A DNA stretch of 63,835 nt, the filler included, from Trichomonas gallinae (lineage: Eukaryota): assembly GCA_008369845.1 (NCBI GenBank). It is 9 parts of 9 records of this genome, joined end to end, with 100 filler letters (N's around TTAATTAATTAA, not from the genome) between each part and the next. Parts side by side here need not be neighbours in the genome. Positions count along the whole stretch, not along the records: positions 14,064 to 35,344 come from MRSU01001574.1; positions 35,445 to 43,600 come from MRSU01001576.1; positions 43,701 to 44,989 come from MRSU01001577.1; positions 45,090 to 48,095 come from MRSU01001580.1; 5 more parts are not named here. One strand, 5' to 3'. The translations under genes and the position numbers were made by a program. Under the pieces are notes generated by a model. It had not been told where the DNA came from and ran no database searches. It saw only the letters and a program-made list of their open reading frames with translations. Shown here in pieces: positions 33,300 to 45,240 of the stretch (its first letter is position 1; every line of letters begins with the position of its first letter).

Positions 33300-34727
33300 A
33301 TGCAAAGAGAGCTGAATCTTCCGTTACATCTTCAGCGAGTCCGCGCGAATGGCGAAGAAGATGTTTATGACTTTGTTTCTGAGCTTGGTCAGGGAGGATT
33401 CGCATCAGTTTTTCATGTTCGAAGACAATCTGATAATAAAGACTTCGCGTTGAAAGTTGTCCCACAAGAAGCTCTTCAAAACGAAAACTTTAAAGCAAAA
33501 CATTTCGCTGAAATCGAAATTCAATCGAAGATGGATCACAAAAACATAGTAAAATCATTCGATCACTTCAAAGACGAAAATAACACATACATCTTAATGG
33601 AATTATTCTCTAAAGGATCAGTCAAAAACTATTTATACAGGAAAGGAGCACTAACCGAAAATGAAGCCTCCAAAATCATCAAATCAGTGTGCCAAGGAGT
33701 AAAATACTGCCATGAGAATCATATTATTCACAGAGATCTAAAACTCGATAATTTTATGATTGCAGACGACGGAGATATCAAAATTATCGACTTTGGAATC
33801 TCAGAGATCATCAAGGACAACAAGAAAAAGGACTTCGTTTTCGCAGGAACGCCAATGTACATGGGCCCGGAAGTTATCGGCCTCCAAAAATACGGATATC
33901 AAGTAGATATATGGGCGATTGGCATATGCACATTTGAGCTACTGACTGGGCATCCTCCATTTGAGGCTAATAATATGAAAGACATGTCTAAATTAATTGT
34001 TTCTGGTGCATTTCGTTTTCCGCCGAATCTGCAGTTGTCATTTGTAGCTAAAGACTTTATAGAGAGTGCTCTTCAAGTTAAACCAAGCCTTAGACCTAAT
34101 ATTAGAGAATTATTAAAACATCCTTTCTTACAGCTTGCAGATAAGCAAGTTCATAAGGAACCAAAGAATGCACATACGGATAAAGCGCCACAGTACGCAA
34201 TACAGTCATATATTATTGATAAAAAAGGAAATCTCGCTTATATCATGCTTGATGGAACGGCAGGTACGTGTTTCACAGACGGTACTAGAATTGTTATGGA
34301 TGTTAATGAGGAATTTATGCAGATTTGGGCATCATACGATGAAACTCGGCCAGTTATTGTTCCGATGCACGCTGCTGATAAGAAACAGCCGCAGATCTCA
34401 TTCTTACTCAAAGCAACGAAAGAAATGAAATCAAAAATCGAGATCCCTCCTCACGAAAAGCTGAATCCGAAAAAGTTGTTGCCAAATGTGAAATATTGGA
34501 CAAAAGAACCGGAATGCACGCTATTCAGACTGGATAATAGAGTAGTAGAAACGCATTTCAACACAGGAAAAGTAGTTTTTGTTGATTTCACAAACAAATT
34601 ATTTTTATTGCTGCAAAATTTGTCAGGAGAGGGCTCATACATATCAATTGACAATATAGATAGAGTGCCTGAGCAGAAAGAATTGTATTCCACGATCAAG
34701 CACATTCTCAACCAAATGTTTAAATAA
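33300..34727 (+). CDS. Polo-like kinase with divergent polo boxes
   Basis: GQGGFA, EI.IQ, HRDLKLDN, DFG, GTPMY. The C-terminus has AY...DGTAG.CF.DGTRI and LP.VKYW...LFRL.N..VE.HF, matching PB1 and PB2. Confidence 0.8.
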   Translation: MQRELNLPLHLQRVRANGEEDVYDFVSELGQGGFASVFHVRRQSDNKDFALKVVPQEALQNENFKAKHFAEIEIQSKMDHKNIVKSFDHFKDENNTYILMELFSKGSVKNYLYRKGALTENEASKIIKSVCQGVKYCHENHIIHRDLKLDNFMIADDGDIKIIDFGISEIIKDNKKKDFVFAGTPMYMGPEVIGLQKYGYQVDIWAIGICTFELLTGHPPFEANNMKDMSKLIVSGAFRFPPNLQLSFVAKDFIESALQVKPSLRPNIRELLKHPFLQLADKQVHKEPKNAHTDKAPQYAIQSYIIDKKGNLAYIMLDGTAGTCFTDGTRIVMDVNEEFMQIWASYDETRPVIVPMHAADKKQPQISFLLKATKEMKSKIEIPPHEKLNPKKLLPNVKYWTKEPECTLFRLDNRVVETHFNTGKVVFVDFTNKLFLLLQNLSGEGSYISIDNIDRVPEQKELYSTIKHILNQMFK

Positions 34728-35344
34728 AATGTTTTTTTTATATATTAAAATCAAATATTAACTAGTTATATATATCTTAAAGGTACTTATACTTGCACAG
34801 TGTAGATGCTGGACCAGTTAACTTGAACGTGAAAAAAATCATCTTTGTTTGATGATTTATGCATAGTATTGTGATATGTAGCATACATATAATTGTGCTG
34901 CACATGATTCATTAAAACGATTTCTCAAATTTCGTGTAATGCAACAATATGAAGTTTATTGGATGCATAATGGGTGAGAATAGAGATTTGACAAATTTTC
35001 ACTTTACATGACAAAAACACGACATTTCTGATTCCGATATATTTTACATGTCAAATATAAAACCTCAAGGTTGTATTATTTCATGATGACATTGATTATT
35101 TCCATAAATGAATAGTTTTATCTTTTATTATACATTTTCCATAAATATATTCACATTATGAAGTATAAAGGACTGTCCAATTGTTGAGAAAAAGAAGTTG
35201 ACAAACTATCACTTTACATGACATAAATAAAAAAAAAAAAAATATAACAAAAGGTAGTCCGGCTGATTTTTTAAAATTGTCAAAAATGGCCCCTGCTTAT
35301 AAAACGTGTCAGGTTCGACGCTACAGTAGAGCCCAAGAACACTC

Positions 35345-35444
35345 NNNNNNNNNNNNNNNNNNNNNNNNNNNNNNNNNNNNNNNNNNNNTTAATTAATTAA
35401 NNNNNNNNNNNNNNNNNNNNNNNNNNNNNNNNNNNNNNNNNNNN
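35345..35444. other. Artificial contig linker
   Basis: 44N-TTAATTAATTAA-44N. Confidence 0.98.
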
Positions 35445-36125
35445 TCGAGATATTGCGTTAAATACATGTACTTGATATCTGTGGACTGGAATACAGTATT
35501 TGAAAAAGTATTAGAATGTATTTGCAAATCAGGCGAAAATTTGTTTCTTAGGACAATAATTTGTTTTAATTTTGATCCAAGATAATGAAAATTTCCTTCG
35601 CCAATATAACTCGTTGATTCAGGTAAGACAACTTTTTCCAGATAAACTAAAGAAATGAAAGCTGCATATCCAATAGTTTTGACTTCAGTTGGAACAACAT
35701 ATTTTGTTAGCTTTTTATTCTTGGGAAAGTGCAGAAGTGTTGTCATGTTTTTATCGAATAAAACACCATCCCTTGTTGTGAAACCAACACAATCTGGAGG
35801 AGCATCAAGATACTCTAAATAATAAGCATCATCGAATGGGTTTTTGGAAGAAATTAATGAAAGATTTTTTGGAATTTTTAAATATGTAATTTTTGTGCTT
35901 AAAAATGCTCGGTCATCAATACTTTCGATCGAATCTGGTAAGTTTATGTTAATAACATTGGTGAATCCTTGGAAAATTGAAAATGGTAATTTTTTGAATC
36001 CATTTTCAACAGAAATCTTCGTATAGTCTGTCTTTGTAATACCTTCTGGTATGAGAACAGTATCAACTTCATCGTATGGAATGTTTAATATGATGAAATT
36101 ATAAGATAAATAGAAACTAAAGCAT
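35445..36125 (-). pseudogene. BspA-like LRR protein, frameshifted at codon 2-3 and cut by the contig end
   Basis: Frame open from 36124: INLPDSIESIDDRAF, DGVLFDKNMTTLLHFP, PTEVKTIGYAAF. The Inr-preceded ATG at 36125 is 1 nt out of frame (ATG CTT TAG). Confidence 0.75.
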
Positions 36126-36697
36126 TAAGAAATAATTATGACACTTTTCACGGTTTCATTCAATTTTGAATTTACCTTGAAAAGAATTCTTATGACACTT
36201 TATGCGGTTTTGAGTTTCCCTCAAACCGCAAATCTGTCGATACATTTTGCTATAAAGTTTCTTATTGTCAAAATTTATTTTCTTGAAGAATTATACCCAA
36301 ATCAACATTAATAACCAAATATATTTGTGTAAAATGTCTTAAATACTCAAAATTATCTCAACATACATGTTTACATTATATAATAACAAAATATCAGAAT
36401 TGTATTTGATTTGTGACAATTTTCAAGATTTAGACATTGTAATTCAAAATATAAATATCTATATAATAAGATATTTAAGTATTGCATATTATATATAGCA
36501 AAATATTGATATTAATTGAATATAAATTGATTTCTAATTTTTCAAAATAAGGTTATTACTATATGAGGGGCATAAGAATTCAAAACAAATCTCTTCATTT
36601 CATTATGTATGTTCTATTTTTGGCATATATTTTACATTTCTGATTTAAAACGGGGGTTGGCACCATCTAAAAAAACGATTAGACCATTTAATATATT

Positions 36698-38242
36698 ATG
36701 TTGTTTTTCTTATTATCTTTCTTATCATTTTCATTCGAAAACTCAGAAACACCAATTATTCTCACAGATAAGAACTTTTCGACAATAATTAAAGAAATTC
36801 CTATTGCCTTTATCTTTTTATTGAAAAAGAATATTTCATTTTGCACAGAAGCACTTCCTTCTTTCTACGAATCATCAAAGATGTTGAAAGGAAAAGTGCA
36901 ATTCGTTATTATGGACTGCGATGACTCAAAGAAAACTTTCGAAAAATATGGATTCAACGCTTATCCTTCATATTTTGTCTTCAGAAAGGGACAGATTTCT
37001 GTAGAATACACATATGAACGCGAAACACTTCCGATTGTTCAGTATCTTACAAGAATTTCCGGTAAAGATGTAATTTCGATTGATAATGGACGCGACTTAC
37101 GTGATTTCTTAGATGCTCAAATACATGCTGTAGTCCTTGCGGCCGAAGATATCGATCCAGAATTACTTAATACATACACTCAAGTTGCAATTCGTATGAA
37201 AGATTTGGTTCCTTTCGTTATTGTCGTTGATCCTGATGCAATTGAAATGCTTAATGTCGAAATAAATCCAATTATCCAACTTTACAGGAACCAAGACCGC
37301 AAAGTTTTGAATTTGAATTTATCAGATGAATTCAGCGCCGCTTCTCTTGAAACATGGATAACCGAAAACCTACGACCAAGGTACAGAGCACGCGATTCTG
37401 TTGTGTTTAGAGATCTGTGGCGTGATCAAAGATATACATTATTAGCATTCGTTGATTCAACTAAGAAGAAGTCTTTGGACTTATTACACAAGATCATGAA
37501 CGACGTTGTCGATGAGTTTAACGAAAACTTTACTTATGTTTACTGCGATATATATGATATGGGCAACTTAGTTCTTAATTTGGGCTTCCTTGGCACGCAC
37601 GATCCATGTTTCGCTATTGTTAAGCTTGTAAATGGCGAAGTCAAGGAGAAGCACTTGCTCAGTGACAAATACGACGCGACTCCAAGAAGAGTTCTAAATT
37701 TCGTAAGGAAATTCTATAATAATACAATAAATAAGCCATTCAAGAGCGAAGAAATACCAGAAGTACAGACAGGAACACTCAATAAACTCGTTGGAAACAA
37801 TTTTGTCACCGAATTAACAAAGACTGATTCTGATAAAGTTGTTTTATTAATGGCAACAAATAATACAGATAACATTGCTGCTTATGACAATATCCAGTCT
37901 ATCGCCGATGAGTTTAAGAAGCAAAAAATCAGAACTGTTAACTTTTATTATATCGATCTTGAAAAGAACGACATTCCGCTTAAACTCCCAGCAAATCCAG
38001 AGCTTAACCCTGAGATTGTTATATGGCCGATGGGAAAGGACCAGCAGCCTTCACTTATTCACGGAAATTCAACAAAGTTTGAGATTTCCTCATATATTAT
38101 GTCATTAGGTAAGTCTAAGTTTAAGTTTAAAGTCCCAATCGAGTATCAGATGCTTCATAAGCATTCTACTGACGATGATGATGAAGATGATCCTAATAAG
38201 GGCAAAACACAAGAAGAAATCGATGAATTCGAAGATCTGTAA
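36698..38242 (+). CDS. PDI-like ER protein with thioredoxin folds but no CxxC
   Basis: Signal peptide, LTDKNF, AYPS, KSEEIP...KLVGNNF (a' domain entry), acidic tail ending EDL. Confidence 0.8.
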   Translation: MLFFLLSFLSFSFENSETPIILTDKNFSTIIKEIPIAFIFLLKKNISFCTEALPSFYESSKMLKGKVQFVIMDCDDSKKTFEKYGFNAYPSYFVFRKGQISVEYTYERETLPIVQYLTRISGKDVISIDNGRDLRDFLDAQIHAVVLAAEDIDPELLNTYTQVAIRMKDLVPFVIVVDPDAIEMLNVEINPIIQLYRNQDRKVLNLNLSDEFSAASLETWITENLRPRYRARDSVVFRDLWRDQRYTLLAFVDSTKKKSLDLLHKIMNDVVDEFNENFTYVYCDIYDMGNLVLNLGFLGTHDPCFAIVKLVNGEVKEKHLLSDKYDATPRRVLNFVRKFYNNTINKPFKSEEIPEVQTGTLNKLVGNNFVTELTKTDSDKVVLLMATNNTDNIAAYDNIQSIADEFKKQKIRTVNFYYIDLEKNDIPLKLPANPELNPEIVIWPMGKDQQPSLIHGNSTKFEISSYIMSLGKSKFKFKVPIEYQMLHKHSTDDDDEDDPNKGKTQEEIDEFEDL

Positions 38243-38901
38243 AAATAATCTTTTATTATTTCAATACTTTCACATCATAAATTCATTCTATATACATGCT
38301 TTTCAGAAATTATTCGATCCTATTTGTTGGTTTTGCAGAATGTCGAGTTTTCTATCATCAAGAAAATAAATAATTTTTTTATATTATTTGGTATAAAAAG
38401 CGTTGTATTGGCGCTTGAAGTCGGATTTTTTTGTCATGTGGCACAACTTTGTCAAATGGAGAGGCTGATTGAATGATTTTCCAAATATGTTTCTTGTCTA
38501 TATAACGATTGTACGGTTTCTAATGTTTTTATAAAGAAGTATATTGGAAACATTACCAGTATATTATATACACCAATGTAATGATGTGTGCAAGGTTTAG
38601 GCTAATTTGGTTCTGACAATTCCAAGATAATTAAATTTTGTTGATTTCCTTGAGATGAAAAAATTTTTGTCAAGTAAATAAATTACACGACAAAAATTAA
38701 TGTATTTCATTTAAGTATGAAAATATCCATAATAAATTGTTAATTATAAAAATTTCTAGTTTTTAGGCAAATCCATGAAATATTTGAGAATTTCAATTTC
38801 AAAATCATCAAAATTGAACAAATAAATAAGAAATTAGATTGGTCTTATCGATGCTTTGAGTGTTGCTGATGTCCAAAATCCATTTTTCGAAAAAGTCCGA
38901 A

Positions 38902-41900
38902 ATGAGTGAATCATTGGATTATTCGAAAAAACCAACAGAATTGCCTAGAGAGCTACAGAAAATGAGCAAACTAGAGCAACTCGTTGCAAAGGTGAATGAT
39001 AAAAACATTAGAAACACAGCCAACGAAATTCTAAGAGTGTATGATAACGTGGAATCGGTAGATTTAGTTGCATCTACGTTATCATATTTTCATGACAATT
39101 TTCCATTACAAAGAGGTTTAATTGTTCGCTTAACTACAGATTTATCTCGCAAATATAAAAATTATTTGTGGGCTTCATTACTTATGATCTCAAGTGGTCA
39201 ATTTTTATTCTCATTGTATATTCAGAGCGCGTTTACACTACAACAAATTCAAAAAAGATGCACAATCGATAAAAATATTTATTATTTCTTTGCAAAAGAA
39301 CTAGGTATTCCACATTACTATCCTGAATTTAGCTTTTTGTTTAGTGTTACACCTGTTACAAACAATGAATCGCGTGATGACTCTGAAGAAAATATTTCGA
39401 GTTTAATTAAAACAGAATTACTAGAGAAAACATGGCTATTATACGATCATTTACGCTCTATTGGTTATTTACAAGGATCAATACAAGATTTCATCATTAT
39501 TGATGATATCGAAAATGTGAAAAAGATAATTAGCTCAGAAAATTTCGATTACAAGACTGAATTCGATGAATCTCCTTTCTGTGGAGGAAAACGGACATTC
39601 AACTACCTTCAGTTTTCAGCTAATTACGGATCATTAAATTGTTTCAAGTTTTTCGATAATAAAGGCTTGGTTATCGACTCTTCTGTCGTGAAAGATGCAA
39701 TATATGGAGGTAATATAGATATACTAGAGATTTGTCTTGAAAAAGGAGCAGATTTCACTGATGCTTTATCAATAGCTGTTTCTTATCATCAAAACAAAAT
39801 CGTTGAATGGATAAAAGAAAAGTTTGAACAAGAATATTCACCACTTGACTGCTTAAAAGGTCATAACCTTGAATTATTGCTAGAATCAAACAATGTTTAC
39901 ACTCCAGAATGTTTGTATTATGCTGCTTTATCTGGTTATTCACCTCTTGCAAAGTATATCATGGAAAAAATTGACGATTATGAATATCATTATATAAATG
40001 GTGACACAAGTTTACATTTAGCAGCTCGAATGGGTTTCTTCGAGATGTGCAACACTTTGGTTAAAGGTGGATGCAATGTAAATGCAAAAGGATATAAAGG
40101 AGAAACACCTTTGTTCATTTCTGCTTTGCTAGGCATAGATGCAATGTTTTCTTTGTTCTTAAGAGAAGGAGCTGATTTCAGAGAACAAAATGAAAAAGGA
40201 GAAACACCAATAAATGCTTTAGCATTCAGTGGCATTAAAGATTCAATATATGCATTGATTTCTTATGGTTTTGATATAAATTCGAATCCGATTCCTCCTC
40301 TTTTTACAGCTGTTGTCGATGGAAATCTGCAAATGATAGATTTTCTTCTGCAAAGAAATGCAAATCCAAATGCGACATGTTATAATACTGGAGAATCTCC
40401 ATTGCACAGAGCAGTGTTCAAGACTGATTTCAGATTTACAACTAAACTACTTGATGCTGGTGCTGATGTTAATCTTGAAGATTTCGAGGGAGTGACACCA
40501 GTGGCAAATGCATTCAAGAGGGGAGATCCTAGATTAACATCGAGACTTGTCAAAAAGAAAACGAATCTCAAAAAAGTTTTCAAAGATGGAAAAACGTTGA
40601 TGCATTTTGCAGCAATGTCAAATTTACCAAATGGAGTTGAATTTTTATTCACTAAAGGCATTAATCCGAATGTTTTGGATAAATACAAACGTTCTCCAAT
40701 GTTTTATGCTTTGGCAAAAGGAAATTACGAAATTGCAGAAATATTCTTGAAAAATGGTGCGGATATAAACATAAGTAATGAAAATGGAGAAACGTTTCTT
40801 CATTATTTCGCTGCAATTAATGACATCAAAACAATGGAATTCTTGATTGACCACAAAATATCAATGGACGAAATGGACATGAATCACATGACACCATTCG
40901 AAATTGCTGCACAAAAAGGACACGTTGAAGCAATTGATTTATTGATAAACAAAGGAGCTTTATTCATGACACAAAGATCTTTCACAACACCAGCCCATAT
41001 CTGTGCTAAAACAGACAACGTTGAATTAATCAAGAAGTTCTTAGGATTAGGTTTAGAAATTGATTTCAAAGATGAATATGGTGAAACGATGTTACATTGT
41101 GCAGCAAAATCAGGATCTTTGAGTGTTATTGCATTTTTAGTCAACAAAAATGCTGATGTTAATGCTCTCGATGATAATGGAAATACACCACTCGCTTTGT
41201 CTTTCTTTAATAACTATGAATATGCAGCTAAATTACTTCTCGATTCAAAGGCAGATCCAAATACAAAAAATTCAAAAGGTTATCCTTTGATGTTTTGGTG
41301 CTTGAAAGCTGACAGAAAAGATTTCTTCAAGATGCTGATGAACAGAGGAGCAGATATTAATATTTTAGATGAAAGCAGCAACAATTTGTTGATTGAAGCA
41401 ATTATCCAGTCCAAAACTGATTGGATACCAATGCTAATTCAAAATAAAATCAACAAAGATTATGTAGACGCAAAAGGTAAGACAGCATTAATTTATGCTT
41501 GCGAAAAATCCTATGAAGAAGCATTAACTCAATTAATTGGAATTGATGTTGATGTAAACTACAAATGCCCAGATGGAAGAACAGCACTTTCGATATTAAC
41601 TGATAATGACAAAACAACAATGATGAAATTGCTAATCGAGAAAATGGCAGATGTAACAGTCGAACTTCCTGATGGAACAACTCCTATTGAAAATGTATCA
41701 GAAAGAAGCTTAATTCCTGTTTTAGAGTCATGTTTAAAGATGAGATATGATATTAACAGAATTATTGATGGAGAAAACACTCATCTATTGATGGCTGTTT
41801 TTGAAAAAAGGCCAGGATTAGTTTCATTTTTACTGAAGAACAAGGCAAATACAGAAATAGGAGATATTCACAAAAGAACACCTTTATATCATGCTGCATT

Positions 41901-42684
41901 GATGTCTGAATATGAGATAGCTCACATTCTGATGAAAAATGGTGCAGATCCAAATGCTCAATGTGATGATGGAAGAACTCCAATTGATGTTGCTAAATCA
42001 TCCAAAGATTATCCAATGCTTGCAATTTTGCAGTCAAACGAAAGAATTCCTGAAGAAAAACAAATTGAAGTAGAAGAATACTTGACTTATGTCGAAGAGC
42101 AATATAACAAATATTCTAAAAATTATGATGATTTCTCTGATGACGATGATGAAGAAAATAATAAAAATGAAGAAAACAAAGAAAATGATTTCGTTCCAGA
42201 AAAATCAAATAATAATGATAACGATGAAGATATTAAGTATGTCCTCAAGCGTGGAGGTAGAAGAGGAAGGACGCTGGAACAGAAGATGAAGAAAGAAGAA
42301 GAAATCGCAAGAAAAGAACAAAAGAAGAGAATCAGACATCAACTGAAGAAATTTGAAAAATCAGAGAAAAAGAAAGCTGCGAAACGCGAAAAATTGCGCC
42401 AAGAGATAGAAAATAGAATTGCTAGGAGACAAAGAAAGTTGTTTATGAATGCAAATGAGGAAGAAGAAGATGATAAAGAAGAGGAAGAAGATATCCTTGA
42501 AAAGATCTTAAATAAACAACCACAAAAGTCGCCAAAGAAGAAGATATTGAAGGATTACAACGACAACATGCAACAAAGAAAATACGAAAACAGATTTAGT
42601 GATTTGAAATTCTTCTTGAAACTAGTTTTAGTGATGACTATCATCATTCTTATAGCTAGACAAATCAAGAAGATGGGATATTAA
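38902..42684 (+). CDS. Large ankyrin-repeat protein with a C-terminal TM anchor
   Basis: About 20 ankyrin repeats, a trichomonad-type N-domain (FSANYGSLNCFKF, AIYGGNIDI), charged tail and terminal hydrophobic helix. Confidence 0.9.
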   Translation: MSESLDYSKKPTELPRELQKMSKLEQLVAKVNDKNIRNTANEILRVYDNVESVDLVASTLSYFHDNFPLQRGLIVRLTTDLSRKYKNYLWASLLMISSGQFLFSLYIQSAFTLQQIQKRCTIDKNIYYFFAKELGIPHYYPEFSFLFSVTPVTNNESRDDSEENISSLIKTELLEKTWLLYDHLRSIGYLQGSIQDFIIIDDIENVKKIISSENFDYKTEFDESPFCGGKRTFNYLQFSANYGSLNCFKFFDNKGLVIDSSVVKDAIYGGNIDILEICLEKGADFTDALSIAVSYHQNKIVEWIKEKFEQEYSPLDCLKGHNLELLLESNNVYTPECLYYAALSGYSPLAKYIMEKIDDYEYHYINGDTSLHLAARMGFFEMCNTLVKGGCNVNAKGYKGETPLFISALLGIDAMFSLFLREGADFREQNEKGETPINALAFSGIKDSIYALISYGFDINSNPIPPLFTAVVDGNLQMIDFLLQRNANPNATCYNTGESPLHRAVFKTDFRFTTKLLDAGADVNLEDFEGVTPVANAFKRGDPRLTSRLVKKKTNLKKVFKDGKTLMHFAAMSNLPNGVEFLFTKGINPNVLDKYKRSPMFYALAKGNYEIAEIFLKNGADINISNENGETFLHYFAAINDIKTMEFLIDHKISMDEMDMNHMTPFEIAAQKGHVEAIDLLINKGALFMTQRSFTTPAHICAKTDNVELIKKFLGLGLEIDFKDEYGETMLHCAAKSGSLSVIAFLVNKNADVNALDDNGNTPLALSFFNNYEYAAKLLLDSKADPNTKNSKGYPLMFWCLKADRKDFFKMLMNRGADINILDESSNNLLIEAIIQSKTDWIPMLIQNKINKDYVDAKGKTALIYACEKSYEEALTQLIGIDVDVNYKCPDGRTALSILTDNDKTTMMKLLIEKMADVTVELPDGTTPIENVSERSLIPVLESCLKMRYDINRIIDGENTHLLMAVFEKRPGLVSFLLKNKANTEIGDIHKRTPLYHAALMSEYEIAHILMKNGADPNAQCDDGRTPIDVAKSSKDYPMLAILQSNERIPEEKQIEVEEYLTYVEEQYNKYSKNYDDFSDDDDEENNKNEENKENDFVPEKSNNNDNDEDIKYVLKRGGRRGRTLEQKMKKEEEIARKEQKKRIRHQLKKFEKSEKKKAAKREKLRQEIENRIARRQRKLFMNANEEEEDDKEEEEDILEKILNKQPQKSPKKKILKDYNDNMQQRKYENRFSDLKFFLKLVLVMTIIILIARQIKKMGY

Positions 42685-42976
42685 AATAAAAGTATGTTTA
42701 TATAGATTCAAAATATAATTCTTCTTATAATCAGTTAAACACAACACACATTACATCACATTAATGATATAATTTTGTTTTTTTTTCTCATTTTCTCTCT
42801 ATTTTTTCTTTAGATTCTATTTTTTTCAAACTCAGTAATCATTATCATAGTTGTTCAATCGTATTATCATACAACTGAATAACAGTGATAATGGTAAAAA
42901 AATATGAAAAAAAAAATTGCGATTAATAAACATATTGTTGATACAAATCTGAATCAACAACGAGATCGTAAAGCCT

Positions 42977-43297
42977 TTACTCGTTGGAGACACGATATGG
43001 TCTAAGCTCATAGGTATCCTTGCCAGAGGCAATAACATGGAAACGAGAGCGGATGTCCTTCTTAGCAAGGAACTTGCGAGAATAGTAGCGGACAGCACGC
43101 TTAGAGTACTTAACAGAGGCGTTAACAACAACCTTGTTAGCAGAAGCATCAGCCTCGATTGTGATCTTGTTTGCGAGGTTCTTCCTGAGCTTGTCAACCT
43201 TCATGTGAGACTGGAGGTACTCGACAAACTCCTGAAGCTGGAAGAACTTGTCAGCAACTGGTGCAGCGCAATCGACGTAGATAACACTTGAGGCCAT
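42977..43297 (-). CDS. RPL22: 60S ribosomal protein eL22
   Basis: VDCAAPVADK, MKVD....NL, YSKR..RYYSRKFL.KK.IR, YELR.Y. Confidence 0.92.
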   Translation of the reverse strand: MASSVIYVDCAAPVADKFFQLQEFVEYLQSHMKVDKLRKNLANKITIEADASANKVVVNASVKYSKRAVRYYSRKFLAKKDIRSRFHVIASGKDTYELRPYRVSNE

Positions 43298-43600
43298 TCT
43301 AGAAAAATGTCAGACCATCACGATTATTTTCTTCTGAATTATTTCTGACACGTAAACATTGTCAAAAATATAATTTGAGAGGATAAAGCAAAATGTCAAA
43401 CTATTTTAACAAAGCTGTAAATATCAATGGAGACTCAAATTGCTTACGTTTAATATCATCGAAAAATTTGAATTTTTTACACAAATGACCAAATGTTTCT
43501 AGAAATGTTGAATCCTTGAAAATACGAATTATAGGATTCATTGCTTGCAATCAGATATAATTCGTCATATATAAATCATATATTATGCTTGAAATGAAAT

Positions 43601-43700
43601 NNNNNNNNNNNNNNNNNNNNNNNNNNNNNNNNNNNNNNNNNNNNTTAATTAATTAANNNNNNNNNNNNNNNNNNNNNNNNNNNNNNNNNNNNNNNNNNNN
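43601..43700. other. Artificial contig linker
   Basis: 44N-TTAATTAATTAA-44N. Confidence 0.98.
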
Positions 43701-44025
43701 CAGATAAATCTGGCAATAATACGAAACCTTTAAGCTCTTCGAAATTGAATATTTTCGAGAAATAAGAGAAGAAAATCACTGATTTATCTAATGATGATTT
43801 CCCTTCGAAGTTATCAGGGATTGGAATGATTTTCGATTGACTTGATGCGATTTTGGCGACGAAAACTTCTGGATTTTCAGTGAATGCCGATTTGATTTCA
43901 TTGAGAAATGTTGGAAATTGGATTTTTTCTGCATTTTTGCCGAGTAACTTTTCCCATTCCTTGTTTACCTGGCTCCAGTCAGGGGTGTGGCGGTCTTGTG
44001 GTACTCTTCGATATTGATCATACAT
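43701..44025 (-). CDS. Hypothetical protein, 5' part (cut by contig end)
   Basis: ATG after a T-rich leader, with 108 open codons up to the gap. Confidence 0.55.
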
Positions 44026-44989
44026 AGTTTAAAAAAAAATCTGAAAAACAAAAAATTACTTTTGTAAACTGATCACTTTTTGCTTAAAAATTAGCACAAC
44101 AAAAATCATCATTAAAAATCTATTCAATCAAAATGCATTTTTTGTAAATTCGTCACTTTTACATTTGAAATTTAACATATTAAAAATATCATATAATTTT
44201 GATTCAACCAAAATAAATATTTTGTAAAATTGGCACTTTTTGGCTTGAAAAATCAATACAACGAAAAAATCATCGGAAATCACTTGATATACTGTCGGAT
44301 GAGATCGAACAAAGTGACATGACAAAAAATGTTTACAGAAATCTTTGAATTTTGAGTTTTTCGAAAATTAATTAACAAAAATAGCATGCATTTATACTGC
44401 TATTTGTGCATTTCATAATGAACAATATGAAAATAAACAGATTTATCAATTATGTTAAATCCCAAGAGAATTCTTATTGTTGGCATCAACATAGCTATAG
44501 TTCCAGGAATTGACTAAAATCAGACGCTAACCACATAATCCGGAATTTTTTCTGATGAATCTCTATATATTGCATCGCATCACCTATAAAAAATCGCATG
44601 AATCTCATAATAAAGTCATAATTAATCTTATATTTTGTGCTACTTTCATTATTTTAAAATATTAATATAACTCTAATGCTACAATTGTCCCACTACCACT
44701 CATACATAGCGCTATATATATCTGAGTTAAGCATATCACACTCAATATCTATTAAATAAAATTCAAATATTCAAATATTAGCATTTGAATGTGGATTGCT
44801 CATCTAATTTAGCTCTCCAGAATGATGGTATAAAGGTAGCTTTGAGGGAGTGCGCGTAGAGCCTTTAAAGCCCAAAAATGAGAATTCTCAATTTATAATG
44901 AAATAAATGGTTTTATTTTACTATAGCCACCTTGAGTTTGGCGAAGAATTTGTCATAAGATATTTCATCGGAGCCCAAGTTATCACCAG

Positions 44990-45089
44990 NNNNNNNNNNN
45001 NNNNNNNNNNNNNNNNNNNNNNNNNNNNNNNNNTTAATTAATTAANNNNNNNNNNNNNNNNNNNNNNNNNNNNNNNNNNNNNNNNNNNN
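44990..45089. other. Artificial contig linker
   Basis: 44N-TTAATTAATTAA-44N. Confidence 0.98.
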
Positions 45090-45240
45090 TACTACTACTT
45101 CTTCAATAATAGAAATTATTCTTTACAACATAAGAATCATATATTATGTGACAATTAGCAGATTTTGTATAAAGCAAAAATCGTTTACAGTGTTTCTATA
45201 CGTTAAGAAACGTCATTATTTTTACTGGGATACCGTTGTT

